A DNA stretch of 64,000 bases. It comes from Bacteroidales bacterium (GTDB taxonomy: Bacteria; Bacteroidota; Bacteroidia; Bacteroidales; VadinHA17). This document shows, one piece after another, positions 26,419 to 35,287 of this stretch. The stretch is taken from the NCBI GenBank assembly GCA_017882305.1, contig JADGPU010000001.1, positions 7,789 to 71,788 of the forward strand. Direction: 5' to 3'. The notes beneath the pieces were generated by a model, which saw nothing but the letters and a program-made list of their open reading frames with translations, ran no database searches and was not told the origin of the DNA. The position numbers and the translations under genes are program-made. Each line of letters begins with the position of its first letter. Position 1 is the first letter of the stretch.

Positions 26419-29047
26419 CTACATCACTTTTACCACCTGCAAATTTTGCGGGGTAAGGTGTATTCCCTTTCGCAGCAAACCAGAGTATTCTGTTCAACAG
26501 ATCATCATCGCCGGAGTCAACTGCATCGAACTCAGGAAGCATGCTTTTTTTTGCATAGTAAAGTGCGTTTCCTTTTAGAGATATGATCTGTGGATTCATT
26601 TCATCGATCGGAATCTTATTTGCAATAGCCTCATATGGAGTTTTATCAGGTTTGGTTCCGAAGCAATCTGCCATTGGATTCGCGATTGCATCCTGAATAT
26701 TCATCGGGGGTAAACCCAACATCTGCTCAATCGTACGAACCATACTTGGCTGTGTATAGTAATTATGAACTGTCTTTTTTAATCGTGAATAAGGACTTAT
26801 TACCAGTGCAACCGTCCGATAAGCAGAAACATGATCCCACCCACTTTGTGAGTCATCCTCTACGACAAATATGACCGTGTTTTCCCAGAACCGGCTTTTT
26901 GAAAATGCCTCAACAATTCGTCCGAGGGCATAATCATTATCTGCAATCATTGCCCTTGGTGTTGGAGATCCGGGTCTTACCCCGGCAGTATGATCATTAG
27001 GCAATGCAACAATCATAAGCTCCGGAAGCTTATCACCTGGTATCGCACTATAGTCATGCAACTCTTTGATCAATGCATCGGCCCGCATTGCATCAGAAAA
27101 TTCGTGGTTACCAAATGAAGGATATGTCTGGCTCAGTATTTTTTTTACAGGTTCAATTGTGGTGAAGTTTGTGAATTCAACTTTCTCACCATTTTTATAT
27201 TTCTTATAAATGTCGGCCCATTTAAGTTTATTGTCCATTTTTGGAACTGACGCCTCACCATATATCCGGACTGACTTTTTATGACTGATAGCATTATCCC
27301 AGAGGAATCCAGTCGGGGCATAGACAAGTGCGTCGGTTTGAACATGGGCATAACTTCTGAACCAGGCTCTCATGTTCTTCTCGATATAATCAGTGACAAT
27401 TGAAGCATCTGTCCACTGATGTCCTTCTGCAGAACATTTTCCTGAAGCATAGAAATTATCCAGAAGCATAAATTCTTCAGCTAACTTGTGCGTATTTGGA
27501 GTAATTTCAGCTCCATATGTACACAAACCGGGATCTCCATTTCCCTTCTTCATATCACCAAGAACCTGGTCGTAAGTCCTGTTCTCCTTAATAATATAAA
27601 CCACATGTTTAAACAAAGATGGTTCTCCTATTCTATCCGGAACAGGTTTTGGCTGAACGGATTCCCTTGGTTTTTCCCTTGAAGCTGTTGCTCTCGAGAG
27701 GTTATTAACTGCAATAACAGTATCTGTGTAGGCAGTAAGATCTTGTTTATCAGGAACAGGGATCACTGATATTGAAGCTTGCATATTATGCGAGTTATAA
27801 ATCAGGTTTCTGGTAGCAGCATGATGAATTCCCCAACGGGCACCTTCAGCTTCCAGGTTCGAAACATAAATATTTCCTTTATTTGATATAGTTACAGCTG
27901 AAGGATAAGCTCCGGTAGGTATAAATCCGGTAACAACGCTTTTTTCGTTCGAGGCCTTTGCATATTCATTTTTCCCAAGTTCAATTACAGCAAGTGCATT
28001 ATCCATTCCATTTGCGACATAAAGATATTTGCCATCGAGAGAGAGACAAAGACCATCAGGTGAATCACCGAAAAACGGATTTATTTCAGGCTGAAGTCTG
28101 ACGCTTATTGTTTCAGCGATCTCATCTTTTACTGTATTTATAACAGTCACATTATCGCTGTTAGAATTGGTGACATAAACAAATTTTCCGGTTTTATCAC
28201 TTATTATTTCATTTGGATGAAGTCCGACCACCAACTCCTTTATAATTTTCCCATTTGCCGGATCAATTACCGTAACGCTGCCTTCTCTTGTGGCGCCTCC
28301 GGCTGTGGTGTTATTAACCCGTGCAAGTCCCCATGGAACTCCTGCGACCTCTTTATCATCAGCTTCAGGAGTTCTGCCGGCCCAGTTTGTAACATATAGT
28401 TTTCCGGAAGCTATGGTCAGTCCATAAGGAGCAACACCCGGTCTGGCTACCCATATTGTGTCACCGGAGATAAGATCCTGTTTTATTACCATATTATTGC
28501 CGTTGAGCACAACATACATGTACTCTTTAGATGATTCTTTTGTTATCAGAATTTCATTGGGCAGCGCTTTGTCGGCTTCTGGTACAGCTTTATATTCAAA
28601 CAGACGACTGAATTCTGCCCTTGTACCATCCCACTTAGCTGATACGACAAATGACCAGTCATTTATACCAATTACGCTCCAGAATACTTCAGGGCCCTCT
28701 TTGCTCATATGCCATATAATTCCTGAATAAGTGTTCATTCCTCCTCTGAGAGACATCTGATCACCATTCCTGAGTATGAATTTCTTATTATTATCTGATG
28801 TACTGATAAATACAATGCTTTCCCTTTCTTCTACTGCCAGCCATTTTCCATCAGGAGATAATGCAACATCGAGTGCATGATTTTCCGTGGACACATCACC
28901 AAAGGATATCTGAATACCTGCAGGTTGTATCAGTCTGTTGTACGGAAGCTGTATCTGGCGTGGGTTCGATGGAGACGGATTTAATGAAACCTGTGCCTGA
29001 CTGAATACAGATGCGAAAGCAAAAATTACTGGTAAAAGATATTTCAT
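26408..29047 (-). CDS. Secreted bifunctional YncE-type beta-propeller / phosphoesterase-family protein
   Basis: Signal peptide. The N-half has repeated YVTN/YVAN/YVSN propeller motifs. The C-half is phosphoesterase-family (YIIKENRTYDQVLGD, VVEDDSQSGWDHV). Confidence 0.8.
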   Translation of the reverse strand: MKYLLPVIFAFASVFSQAQVSLNPSPSNPRQIQLPYNRLIQPAGIQISFGDVSTENHALDVALSPDGKWLAVEERESIVFISTSDNNKKFILRNGDQMSLRGGMNTYSGIIWHMSKEGPEVFWSVIGINDWSFVVSAKWDGTRAEFSRLFEYKAVPEADKALPNEILITKESSKEYMYVVLNGNNMVIKQDLISGDTIWVARPGVAPYGLTIASGKLYVTNWAGRTPEADDKEVAGVPWGLARVNNTTAGGATREGSVTVIDPANGKIIKELVVGLHPNEIISDKTGKFVYVTNSNSDNVTVINTVKDEIAETISVRLQPEINPFFGDSPDGLCLSLDGKYLYVANGMDNALAVIELGKNEYAKASNEKSVVTGFIPTGAYPSAVTISNKGNIYVSNLEAEGARWGIHHAATRNLIYNSHNMQASISVIPVPDKQDLTAYTDTVIAVNNLSRATASREKPRESVQPKPVPDRIGEPSLFKHVVYIIKENRTYDQVLGDMKKGNGDPGLCTYGAEITPNTHKLAEEFMLLDNFYASGKCSAEGHQWTDASIVTDYIEKNMRAWFRSYAHVQTDALVYAPTGFLWDNAISHKKSVRIYGEASVPKMDNKLKWADIYKKYKNGEKVEFTNFTTIEPVKKILSQTYPSFGNHEFSDAMRADALIKELHDYSAIPGDKLPELMIVALPNDHTAGVRPGSPTPRAMIADNDYALGRIVEAFSKSRFWENTVIFVVEDDSQSGWDHVSAYRTVALVISPYSRLKKTVHNYYTQPSMVRTIEQMLGLPPMNIQDAIANPMADCFGTKPDKTPYEAIANKIPIDEMNPQIISLKGNALYYAKKSMLPEFDAVDSGDDDLLNRILWFAAKGNTPYPAKFAGGKSDVDDE

Positions 29048-29062
29048 TTTTAAAATATTATT

Positions 29063-29093
29063 AAAAGGCTGCCCGAAATTGGAACAGCCTTTT
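29063..29093 (-). terminator. Hairpin terminator (usable on either strand)
   Basis: AAAAGGCTG-13 nt-CAGCCTTTT, located between the DUF3127 stop and the next minus-strand start. Confidence 0.5.
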
Positions 29094-29104
29094 AATTATT
29101 ATTC

Positions 29105-29485
29105 TTAGAATGGTAAATCACTTAACTCATCGTTTTCTGGTGGAATATCTTCCAAAGTTGTATGTGATGGAACATTCTGATCCTTTATATCAGAAGATGT
29201 TTTTTCTATCTTCCATGCATCAAGGTTGGTAAAGTAATTAATTTTACCGTCGCGTTCCCATTTATTACCTTTAAGGTTGAACCATATCCTGACATCTTCG
29301 TTAAGAAATGATTCATTGATAAGTTCACATTTATCCTGTATCAGCTGGAATTTGATGTAGTCAATAAATACAACTGCTCCACCTGACTCTTTTTTCTCGA
29401 TGACAAATTCGCGTTTTTTAAATTTGTCGCTTACCTGATTTACAGGAGAGATATCAATTACTTTTCCAATGATTTCAAATGCCAT
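29105..29485 (-). CDS. DUF3127 protein with an SSB-like acidic C-terminal tip
   Basis: 126 aa with an OB-like N-terminal part. The C-terminus is PPENDELSDLPF. Confidence 0.75.
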   Translation of the reverse strand: MAFEIIGKVIDISPVNQVSDKFKKREFVIEKKESGGAVVFIDYIKFQLIQDKCELINESFLNEDVRIWFNLKGNKWERDGKINYFTNLDAWKIEKTSSDIKDQNVPSHTTLEDIPPENDELSDLPF

Positions 29486-29491
29486 CTCAGT

Positions 29492-29950
29492 TTATTCTTC
29501 GTAAATAATTACTTTTTCAATTTTGTCACCCTGACGTATTTTATCAATAACATCGAGCCCTTCGAACACTTTTCCGAAGCACGTATGTTGTCTGTCAAGG
29601 TGTTTTGTATTTGTGCGGCTGTGGCAGATAAAAAACTGTGACCCGCCTGTATTTCTGCCTGCATGAGCCATAGAAAGAACTCCTCTGTCGTGGTATTGAT
29701 TATCACCTGTTAATTCACATTTTATTTTATATCCAGGACCACCGGTACCGACTCTGGGATCACTCATATCCTTTGAAAGCGGGCAACCTCCCTGAATAAC
29801 AAAATCCGGAATAACCCTGTGAAAAGTAAGTCCGTCATAGAACCCTTTTTTCGCAAGCATGATAAAGTTCTCCACTGTACCAGGTGCGTCAACTTCATAG
29901 AAGCTGACTTTCATTGTACCTTTGGGAGTTTGTATTTCGGCCTTAGTCAT
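29492..29950 (-). CDS. Cyclophilin-type peptidyl-prolyl cis-trans isomerase
   Basis: [13 protein letters not shown] and GSQFFI motifs. Confidence 0.9.
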   Translation of the reverse strand: MTKAEIQTPKGTMKVSFYEVDAPGTVENFIMLAKKGFYDGLTFHRVIPDFVIQGGCPLSKDMSDPRVGTGGPGYKIKCELTGDNQYHDRGVLSMAHAGRNTGGSQFFICHSRTNTKHLDRQHTCFGKVFEGLDVIDKIRQGDKIEKVIIYEE

Positions 29951-29951
29951 G

Positions 29952-30674
29952 TTATTTTACAATTTCCAGAAGTTCAACTTCGAAAACAAGTGTTGAAAAT
30001 GGTTTGATAACTTCACCAGCTCCTGTTGCTCCATAGGCAATTGATGAAGGAAGACAGAGTTTGAATTTTGAACCAACAGGCATCAGCTCTAAAGCCTCTG
30101 TCCAACCTGGGATAACTCCGGATACAGGATAAATTGCAGGTTGCTTTCTTTTAACAGATGAGTCAAATTCGGTACCGTCGATGAGAGTTCCTACATAATG
30201 GACTTTTACAGTATTCTGAGCAGTTGGTTTTGGCCCTGTACCCATTTTAATTACTTCATATTGAAGTCCGCTGGCGGTAGTAGTTACACCGGCTTTCCCT
30301 TTATTCTTAGCCAGAAATGCCTCATTCTGATCTTTGTAATCTTTATACTTTACCTTATTGACTTCTGCCTTTTTTGCAGTCTTCACAGCTTCACGCTTAT
30401 TGATAAATACCATTATATATGAACGAGCAATATCATCAGCCATCAATGGTTTTCCCTCTTTTCCATCAATCATAGCTTTTGCTACAATCATAGGATCGAG
30501 CATAAGACTGTCTGCCTTCAGCTGGTTATAATTTACAATACCGAAAGCATAGGATAATGAATCTTCTTTACTTTTAAGGTTTGTACTTTTAAGAGAACTC
30601 TTTCCGCAAGAGCCAAGCATTAAAGCTATTACACCGGTCAATACAATTAATCCCCTGATTTTCATACGATACAT
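29952..30674 (-). CDS. FKBP-type peptidyl-prolyl isomerase, lipoprotein
   Basis: Lipobox LGSCG, followed by a C-terminal FKBP domain ([32 protein letters not shown]). Confidence 0.9.
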   Translation of the reverse strand: MYRMKIRGLIVLTGVIALMLGSCGKSSLKSTNLKSKEDSLSYAFGIVNYNQLKADSLMLDPMIVAKAMIDGKEGKPLMADDIARSYIMVFINKREAVKTAKKAEVNKVKYKDYKDQNEAFLAKNKGKAGVTTTASGLQYEVIKMGTGPKPTAQNTVKVHYVGTLIDGTEFDSSVKRKQPAIYPVSGVIPGWTEALELMPVGSKFKLCLPSSIAYGATGAGEVIKPFSTLVFEVELLEIVK

Positions 30675-30743
30675 TTTTAAATTTTAAATTTCCGCTAAGA
30701 TAATACTTTAGGTAAAGCAAAAAAGCCATGCAAAAAATAAATT

Positions 30744-31400
30744 TTAAATTTTAACTGCCCTGATCATCTGCCTTTTCCCCGGAGGCCCTGGAAGCAGAGT
30801 TACATTAAACCCACATGCTTTAAGACTTCTTTTCACTTCCCCTTTGGCTGAATAAGTGACAAGGATGCCATTTCTATTTGTAACAGCAGAAATTCCTGTA
30901 AACATTTCCCTGGTCCACATTTCCGGTTGTTTATCCGGCCCGAACGCATCAAAATATATAAGATCATACTTGCCTGATGGTCGTGATTTTGTGAAATCTG
31001 TTTCAATTTTTTTCAGATTGAAATTTCTGCAGATATTCACACTTACATTCCATGGGGATGAATGAATTAAATGAAAAATCTCCTTGCCATTTTCACCGGC
31101 AAATTCATGATGATTCAGGGAAAGGATGATTTTATTGTCAAGCGGATGATTTTCGAGTGAAGTATAATTGACTTCTCTTGATCCTGCCCTGCTTCTGATA
31201 GCAGTCAGAAGTGCATTTAGCCCTGTGCCGAAGCCAACTTCAAGAATAGAAAGAGGATCAGCTTCACAAAAATCAAAGCCATTCCTAATGAATATAAAAG
31301 TTGATTCCTGGAAGGCACCGTGTACGGAATGATAGTGCTCATCTATTTCAGGAACATAGATAGTATGCGAACCGTCGGAAGTTTTTAACAGCTTAATCAA
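30744..31400 (-). CDS. mnmD: tRNA 5-methylaminomethyl-2-thiouridine methyltransferase (MnmC methyltransferase-domain homolog)
   Basis: TSDGSHT...YHSVHGAFQES, a SAM site EVGFGTGLN, and DAFGPDKQPEMW. The start appears to be TTG. Confidence 0.75.
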   Translation of the reverse strand: MIKLLKTSDGSHTIYVPEIDEHYHSVHGAFQESTFIFIRNGFDFCEADPLSILEVGFGTGLNALLTAIRSRAGSREVNYTSLENHPLDNKIILSLNHHEFAGENGKEIFHLIHSSPWNVSVNICRNFNLKKIETDFTKSRPSGKYDLIYFDAFGPDKQPEMWTREMFTGISAVTNRNGILVTYSAKGEVKRSLKACGFNVTLLPGPPGKRQMIRAVKI

Positions 31401-31429
31401 TTATATTAGCTTAATTGTTATTATGTTAC

Positions 31430-31576
31430 AGGATGCATGGTGCATGGTCGATGTTAGATACACTGTGTACATTGCATCCAGCACCTTGCAACTTTCTTCA
31501 GTGGATTCAAAGTTACTTTTATCTTTTTACTTTTGTCTTTTTACTTTTATCTTTTTACTTTTGTCTTTTGTCTTAT
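31430..31576. repeat. 7-nt-period array, 21 units in one register
   Basis: aggatgc atggtgc atggtcg ... ttgcaac ... then a crisp tactttt atctttt tactttt gtctttt x2 with 14/28-nt higher order. Confidence 0.8.
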
Positions 31577-31597
31577 ATAATATTTATTGTTCTTGCC

Positions 31598-32536
31598 ATG
31601 AAAACAAAACAATCAAGAAGGGAATTCCTAAGATTATCTGCCACAGGTGTATTAGGAGCAGTTATTATTTCAAAGAGTGAATGGAGAACGGTCGGAAGAG
31701 CTGCCTCAGAATTAGTTGTTGCTGACCCAAAGACTTTCGGAGTAGGATTACAGTTGTATACCATACGTGATGCTATGGCAGAAGATGTTCCGGGCTCCTT
31801 GAAAAAAGTTTCTGATATCGGATATAAATACCTGGAACTTGCAAGTTATGAAAATGGGAAATTTTATGGTTATCTGCCGGGTGACTTCAAAAAGATGGTA
31901 AATGACCTGGGAATGGAAATCATTAGTAGTCACGCAGGGGTTAATCCGAAGGGTATTACAACTGACGAAGCTAAGAAAATGGCTGAAGACCATGCAAAGC
32001 TAGGTGCAAAGTATTGTATGCAGCCCTTTATAGTTGATGCAGACCGCAAATCAATTGCAGGTTATCAGAGAATGGTAGCCGAGTGGAACAAAGTAGGCAA
32101 GATTATGAAAGAAAACGGCGTTCAATTCGGATACCATAATCATAATTTCGAATTCGATACTGTAGAAGGAAAAGTTCCTTATTTCGATGTTTTCCTGGCA
32201 GAAATGGACAAAGACCTCATGACCATGGAAATTGATCTTTTCTGGACAACTAAAGCCGGTCAAAATCCTGTTAAGCTTTTCAAAAAATACCCAGGCAGAT
32301 TCCAGCTTTTCCACATGAAGGATATGTATACCAAAGAAGCTCCATTCTTCAAAACTGAAAGTAAAGATTTTGCTCCTGTCGGTGCCGGTATTATAAATTT
32401 CAAGAAAATTCTTGCTGCCAAAGAAAAAGCAGGAATGAAATATATGTTTGTTGAACAGGACAGAACCAGAGATGGAAAGCCATTTGATGCTATTAAGACC
32501 AGTATTACAAATTTGACTACAAAGATTCTGGTATAG
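31598..32536 (+). CDS. TAT-exported sugar phosphate isomerase/epimerase (xylose isomerase-like TIM barrel)
   Basis: The start is moved to MKTKQSRREFLRLSATG (twin-arginine signal). HNHNFEF, FHMKD and VEQD motifs are present. The upstream part of ORF 31415.. runs through the heptamer array. Confidence 0.8.
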   Translation: MKTKQSRREFLRLSATGVLGAVIISKSEWRTVGRAASELVVADPKTFGVGLQLYTIRDAMAEDVPGSLKKVSDIGYKYLELASYENGKFYGYLPGDFKKMVNDLGMEIISSHAGVNPKGITTDEAKKMAEDHAKLGAKYCMQPFIVDADRKSIAGYQRMVAEWNKVGKIMKENGVQFGYHNHNFEFDTVEGKVPYFDVFLAEMDKDLMTMEIDLFWTTKAGQNPVKLFKKYPGRFQLFHMKDMYTKEAPFFKTESKDFAPVGAGIINFKKILAAKEKAGMKYMFVEQDRTRDGKPFDAIKTSITNLTTKILV

Positions 32537-32562
32537 TTATCAGATTGATCAACAATAATGAC

Positions 32563-32589
32563 CCGGCAAAATTACATGCCGGTTTTTTT
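32563..32589 (+). terminator. Rho-independent terminator
   Basis: CCGGCA-aaattaca-TGCCGG followed by TTTTTTT, 27 nt after the stop. Confidence 0.85.
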
Positions 32590-32612
32590 AACTTTTATGC
32601 CAATAGAGACTA

Positions 32613-32647
32613 CACTGAACACTAAACGCTGAACGATTGACGCTCAA
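32613..32647. repeat. 7-nt-period array (5 units)
   Basis: cactgaa cactaaa cgctgaa cgattga cgctcaa. Confidence 0.65.
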
Positions 32648-32653
32648 TGAGTT

Positions 32654-33253
32654 TTACCAGCTCGAATCATACCATGTTCTCACATCCGTAGCAGCCATTC
32701 CGGCATTTAATGCAGCTTCGATGCCCAGATCACCGTCTTCAAAGACTTCAATGAATTCTGGCTCGATTTTCATCAGGGCTGCGCATTTGAGAAAGGTTTC
32801 CGGGTGAGGTTTGAAATTTTCTACGTCGTTGGCCGTAATAATAATATCAAAATATTTCCGGAGGTCCGTGATTTCCAGAGTCCGTTCAACAGCTTCCCTG
32901 TGACCACCTGTTCCAATAGCCATAGGTAGTTTTCCCCAATATTTTTTTACTATATCAACTACTGGTATGATGGGCTTGACCATATGTTGTTCTTTATAGA
33001 ACTCAATAAGCTTTTCATCTATTATCTGATCAATTGTAACACTACCATTTAGTTTACATTTCTTTATAATCTCATCAGCAATTATCCATCCTGGTGTACC
33101 AGTATGTTTCTTTAGAAAAGCTGTATCAATATCGGCACCAAATTTCTGACAAGCCATTCGCCATCCTTTAAAGTGGTATGGCATTGTATCGGCAAGTGTT
33201 CCGTCAAGATCAAAAATCAGGCCTTTAATACCGGGCTTTATATCGTATTGCAT
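32654..33253 (-). CDS. HAD-superfamily hydrolase (beta-phosphoglucomutase-like subfamily)
   Basis: LIFDLDGTLADT (motif I), GTGG, and FEDGDLG (motif IV). ATG at 33253 is chosen over the TTG at 33274. Confidence 0.8.
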   Translation of the reverse strand: MQYDIKPGIKGLIFDLDGTLADTMPYHFKGWRMACQKFGADIDTAFLKKHTGTPGWIIADEIIKKCKLNGSVTIDQIIDEKLIEFYKEQHMVKPIIPVVDIVKKYWGKLPMAIGTGGHREAVERTLEITDLRKYFDIIITANDVENFKPHPETFLKCAALMKIEPEFIEVFEDGDLGIEAALNAGMAATDVRTWYDSSW

Positions 33254-33315
33254 TTTTTTATTTCGTTGCGGCAAATGTAGTAAGAAAATGTTAAAAAATT
33301 GAAAGGGTCGAGAGA

Positions 33316-33396
33316 GTTGAAAGAGTTGAAAAAGTTGAAGAAGTTGAAAAGTTGAATGAGTTTAATCTCATATTCAACCCATTCGACTCATTCATC
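33316..33396. repeat. Mirrored 9-nt-period arrays: 5x GTTGAA then 3x TTCRAC
   Basis: GTTGAA at 33316, 33325, 33334, 33343 and 33351. TTCAAC/TTCGAC/TTCATC at 33373, 33382 and 33391. The centre forms gttgaatgag-ttta-atctcatattcaac. Confidence 0.75.
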
Positions 33397-33495
33397 CATT
33401 TGGCCCGTAAGAATAAGTCCGGTGTAACTCTTGTTAAATCAGCCTATCTACATGAAATTTCGTATCTTGTGGTTTATTGAAAAAGGGGAATTTGT

Positions 33496-35220
33496 ATGAA
33501 GACTGAGGAAAAAACACAAGCAGAACTCCTAAAAGAGCTCAGAGATTTGCAGCAAAAATATAATTCAATGAAAGTATTATATGAGAAAAAGATCAATGGA
33601 CTCAAACAGGCAGAAGAAGCTCTGGCCAAAGAACAATTCCTGATTAACGCCCTGATGAATAATCTTACTGATCATGTTTATTTCAAAGACCTGGAAAGCA
33701 GGTTTATCAGAAATAACAGAGCTCATGCACTTTCGTTCGGATTAGTTGATCCTGAACAGGTAATTGGCAAATCAGATTTTGATTTTTTTACTGAACAGGC
33801 TGCACGTCAGGCATTTGAGGATGAACAGACAATTATCAGAACCGGACAACCAATTCAAAAGGAAGAGAAACTTACCCGGAAGGATCATTCTGATGCCTGG
33901 TTTTCTGCAATAAAAATGCCTCTTCGAGATAACGATGGGACTATCATAGGTACTTTCGGGATATCCAGAGACATAACGGACCGTAAGCGAAGTGAGTTGG
34001 AAAGTCACGCTTTATTTGAGATTACAGAAGGGATTACTTCAACCGATAATCTTGACGAATTACTCAAATTGATCCATCACTCACTGGGGAAAGTTGTTTA
34101 TGCAGAGAATTGCTTCGTCGCTCTTTATAATCAAAAATCCGGTCTCTTCAGCTTCCCGTATTTTGTTGACCAGGTTGATACAACTCCTTTTCCGACATCT
34201 ATGGGCAAAAGTTGTTCAGCCTATGTCATTCGGACTGTTAAACCACTTCTTTTGACACAACAAACATTCGACATGCTCGTCGAACAAAATGAAGTAGAAT
34301 TAATTGGCTCAAATTCACCCTCGTGGATAGGGATTCCGTTACAAGCGCCTTCAAGAGTAATCGGAGTATTGGTTCTGCAACATTATGAAAAAGAAAATGT
34401 TTATTCGGAAAACGATGTAAAGTTTCTGGTTTCAATTGGAAGTCAGATTGCAATTTCTATTGAGCGAAAAATGTCGGAGGAAGAAATAAAGATGAAAAAT
34501 GAGCTTCTTCAGGCTATAAATGCAGAGAAAGATAAATTCTTTTCAATTATTGCTCACGACCTCCGGGGACCATTAAGTGCATTTGTTGCTGCTACCCAGA
34601 TAATTACCGAGGAAATTCAGACTATGAGCATTGAGGAGATACGGGATATTACTGACAGCATGAAGACGTCTGCTACAAACATCTACAGTCTTCTCGAAAA
34701 CCTGCTTGAATGGTCACGACTGAAACGCGGTGGAATGGATTTCATTCCCGAAAAGATTAATCTGAAGAAGAATATTGATGAATGTATAGATATTCTTTCA
34801 GAATCTGCAAGAAAAAAGGGAATTGAAATAGAGGTTACTATTCCGGATAAATTGGAAGTTATCGCTGACAATCATATGTTTGAAGCAATTATCCGAAACC
34901 TGGTTTCAAATGCAATAAAATTTAGTGCTAACAGAGGAAAAGTTTATGTGACTGCTGGTTATAATAATGAACATTTAATTGAAATTAAAATCAGTGATTC
35001 CGGTATTGGAATGGCAGCTGAATTGAAAAACAAGCTATTCCAGATAGATGAAAAGACCAGCAGACCTGGTACGGAAGGTGAACCGAGTACCGGGCTCGGA
35101 TTATTGTTATGTAAAGAATTCATTGAAAAGCATGGTGGAAGAATTTGGGTGGAGAGCGAGGTTGGGAAAGGAAGTACTTTCGCATTTTCAATCCAGCAAT
35201 TTGAAAATCTGAAGAACTGA
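33496..35220 (+). CDS. PAS/GAF sensor histidine kinase
   Basis: PAS ending SRDITDRK, a GAF-like middle, H-box FFSIIAHDLRGPL, and an ATPase domain (DSGIGM, GLGLLLCKEF). Confidence 0.85.
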   Translation: MKTEEKTQAELLKELRDLQQKYNSMKVLYEKKINGLKQAEEALAKEQFLINALMNNLTDHVYFKDLESRFIRNNRAHALSFGLVDPEQVIGKSDFDFFTEQAARQAFEDEQTIIRTGQPIQKEEKLTRKDHSDAWFSAIKMPLRDNDGTIIGTFGISRDITDRKRSELESHALFEITEGITSTDNLDELLKLIHHSLGKVVYAENCFVALYNQKSGLFSFPYFVDQVDTTPFPTSMGKSCSAYVIRTVKPLLLTQQTFDMLVEQNEVELIGSNSPSWIGIPLQAPSRVIGVLVLQHYEKENVYSENDVKFLVSIGSQIAISIERKMSEEEIKMKNELLQAINAEKDKFFSIIAHDLRGPLSAFVAATQIITEEIQTMSIEEIRDITDSMKTSATNIYSLLENLLEWSRLKRGGMDFIPEKINLKKNIDECIDILSESARKKGIEIEVTIPDKLEVIADNHMFEAIIRNLVSNAIKFSANRGKVYVTAGYNNEHLIEIKISDSGIGMAAELKNKLFQIDEKTSRPGTEGEPSTGLGLLLCKEFIEKHGGRIWVESEVGKGSTFAFSIQQFENLKN

Positions 35221-35287
35221 TAATTCTGAAGTAAAACTTTGCAAATAATTTTTACAGTGGACCGGAACCTTGTTAAAAGTAAGAAAT

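Noticed and set aside
31415-31597. The N-terminal 61 codons of ORF 31415..32536 (MLLCYRMHGAW...FIVLA).
   Set aside because: This stretch is translated straight through the 7-nt-period repeat array. A Met followed by a twin-arginine signal begins at 31598, which is the natural start.
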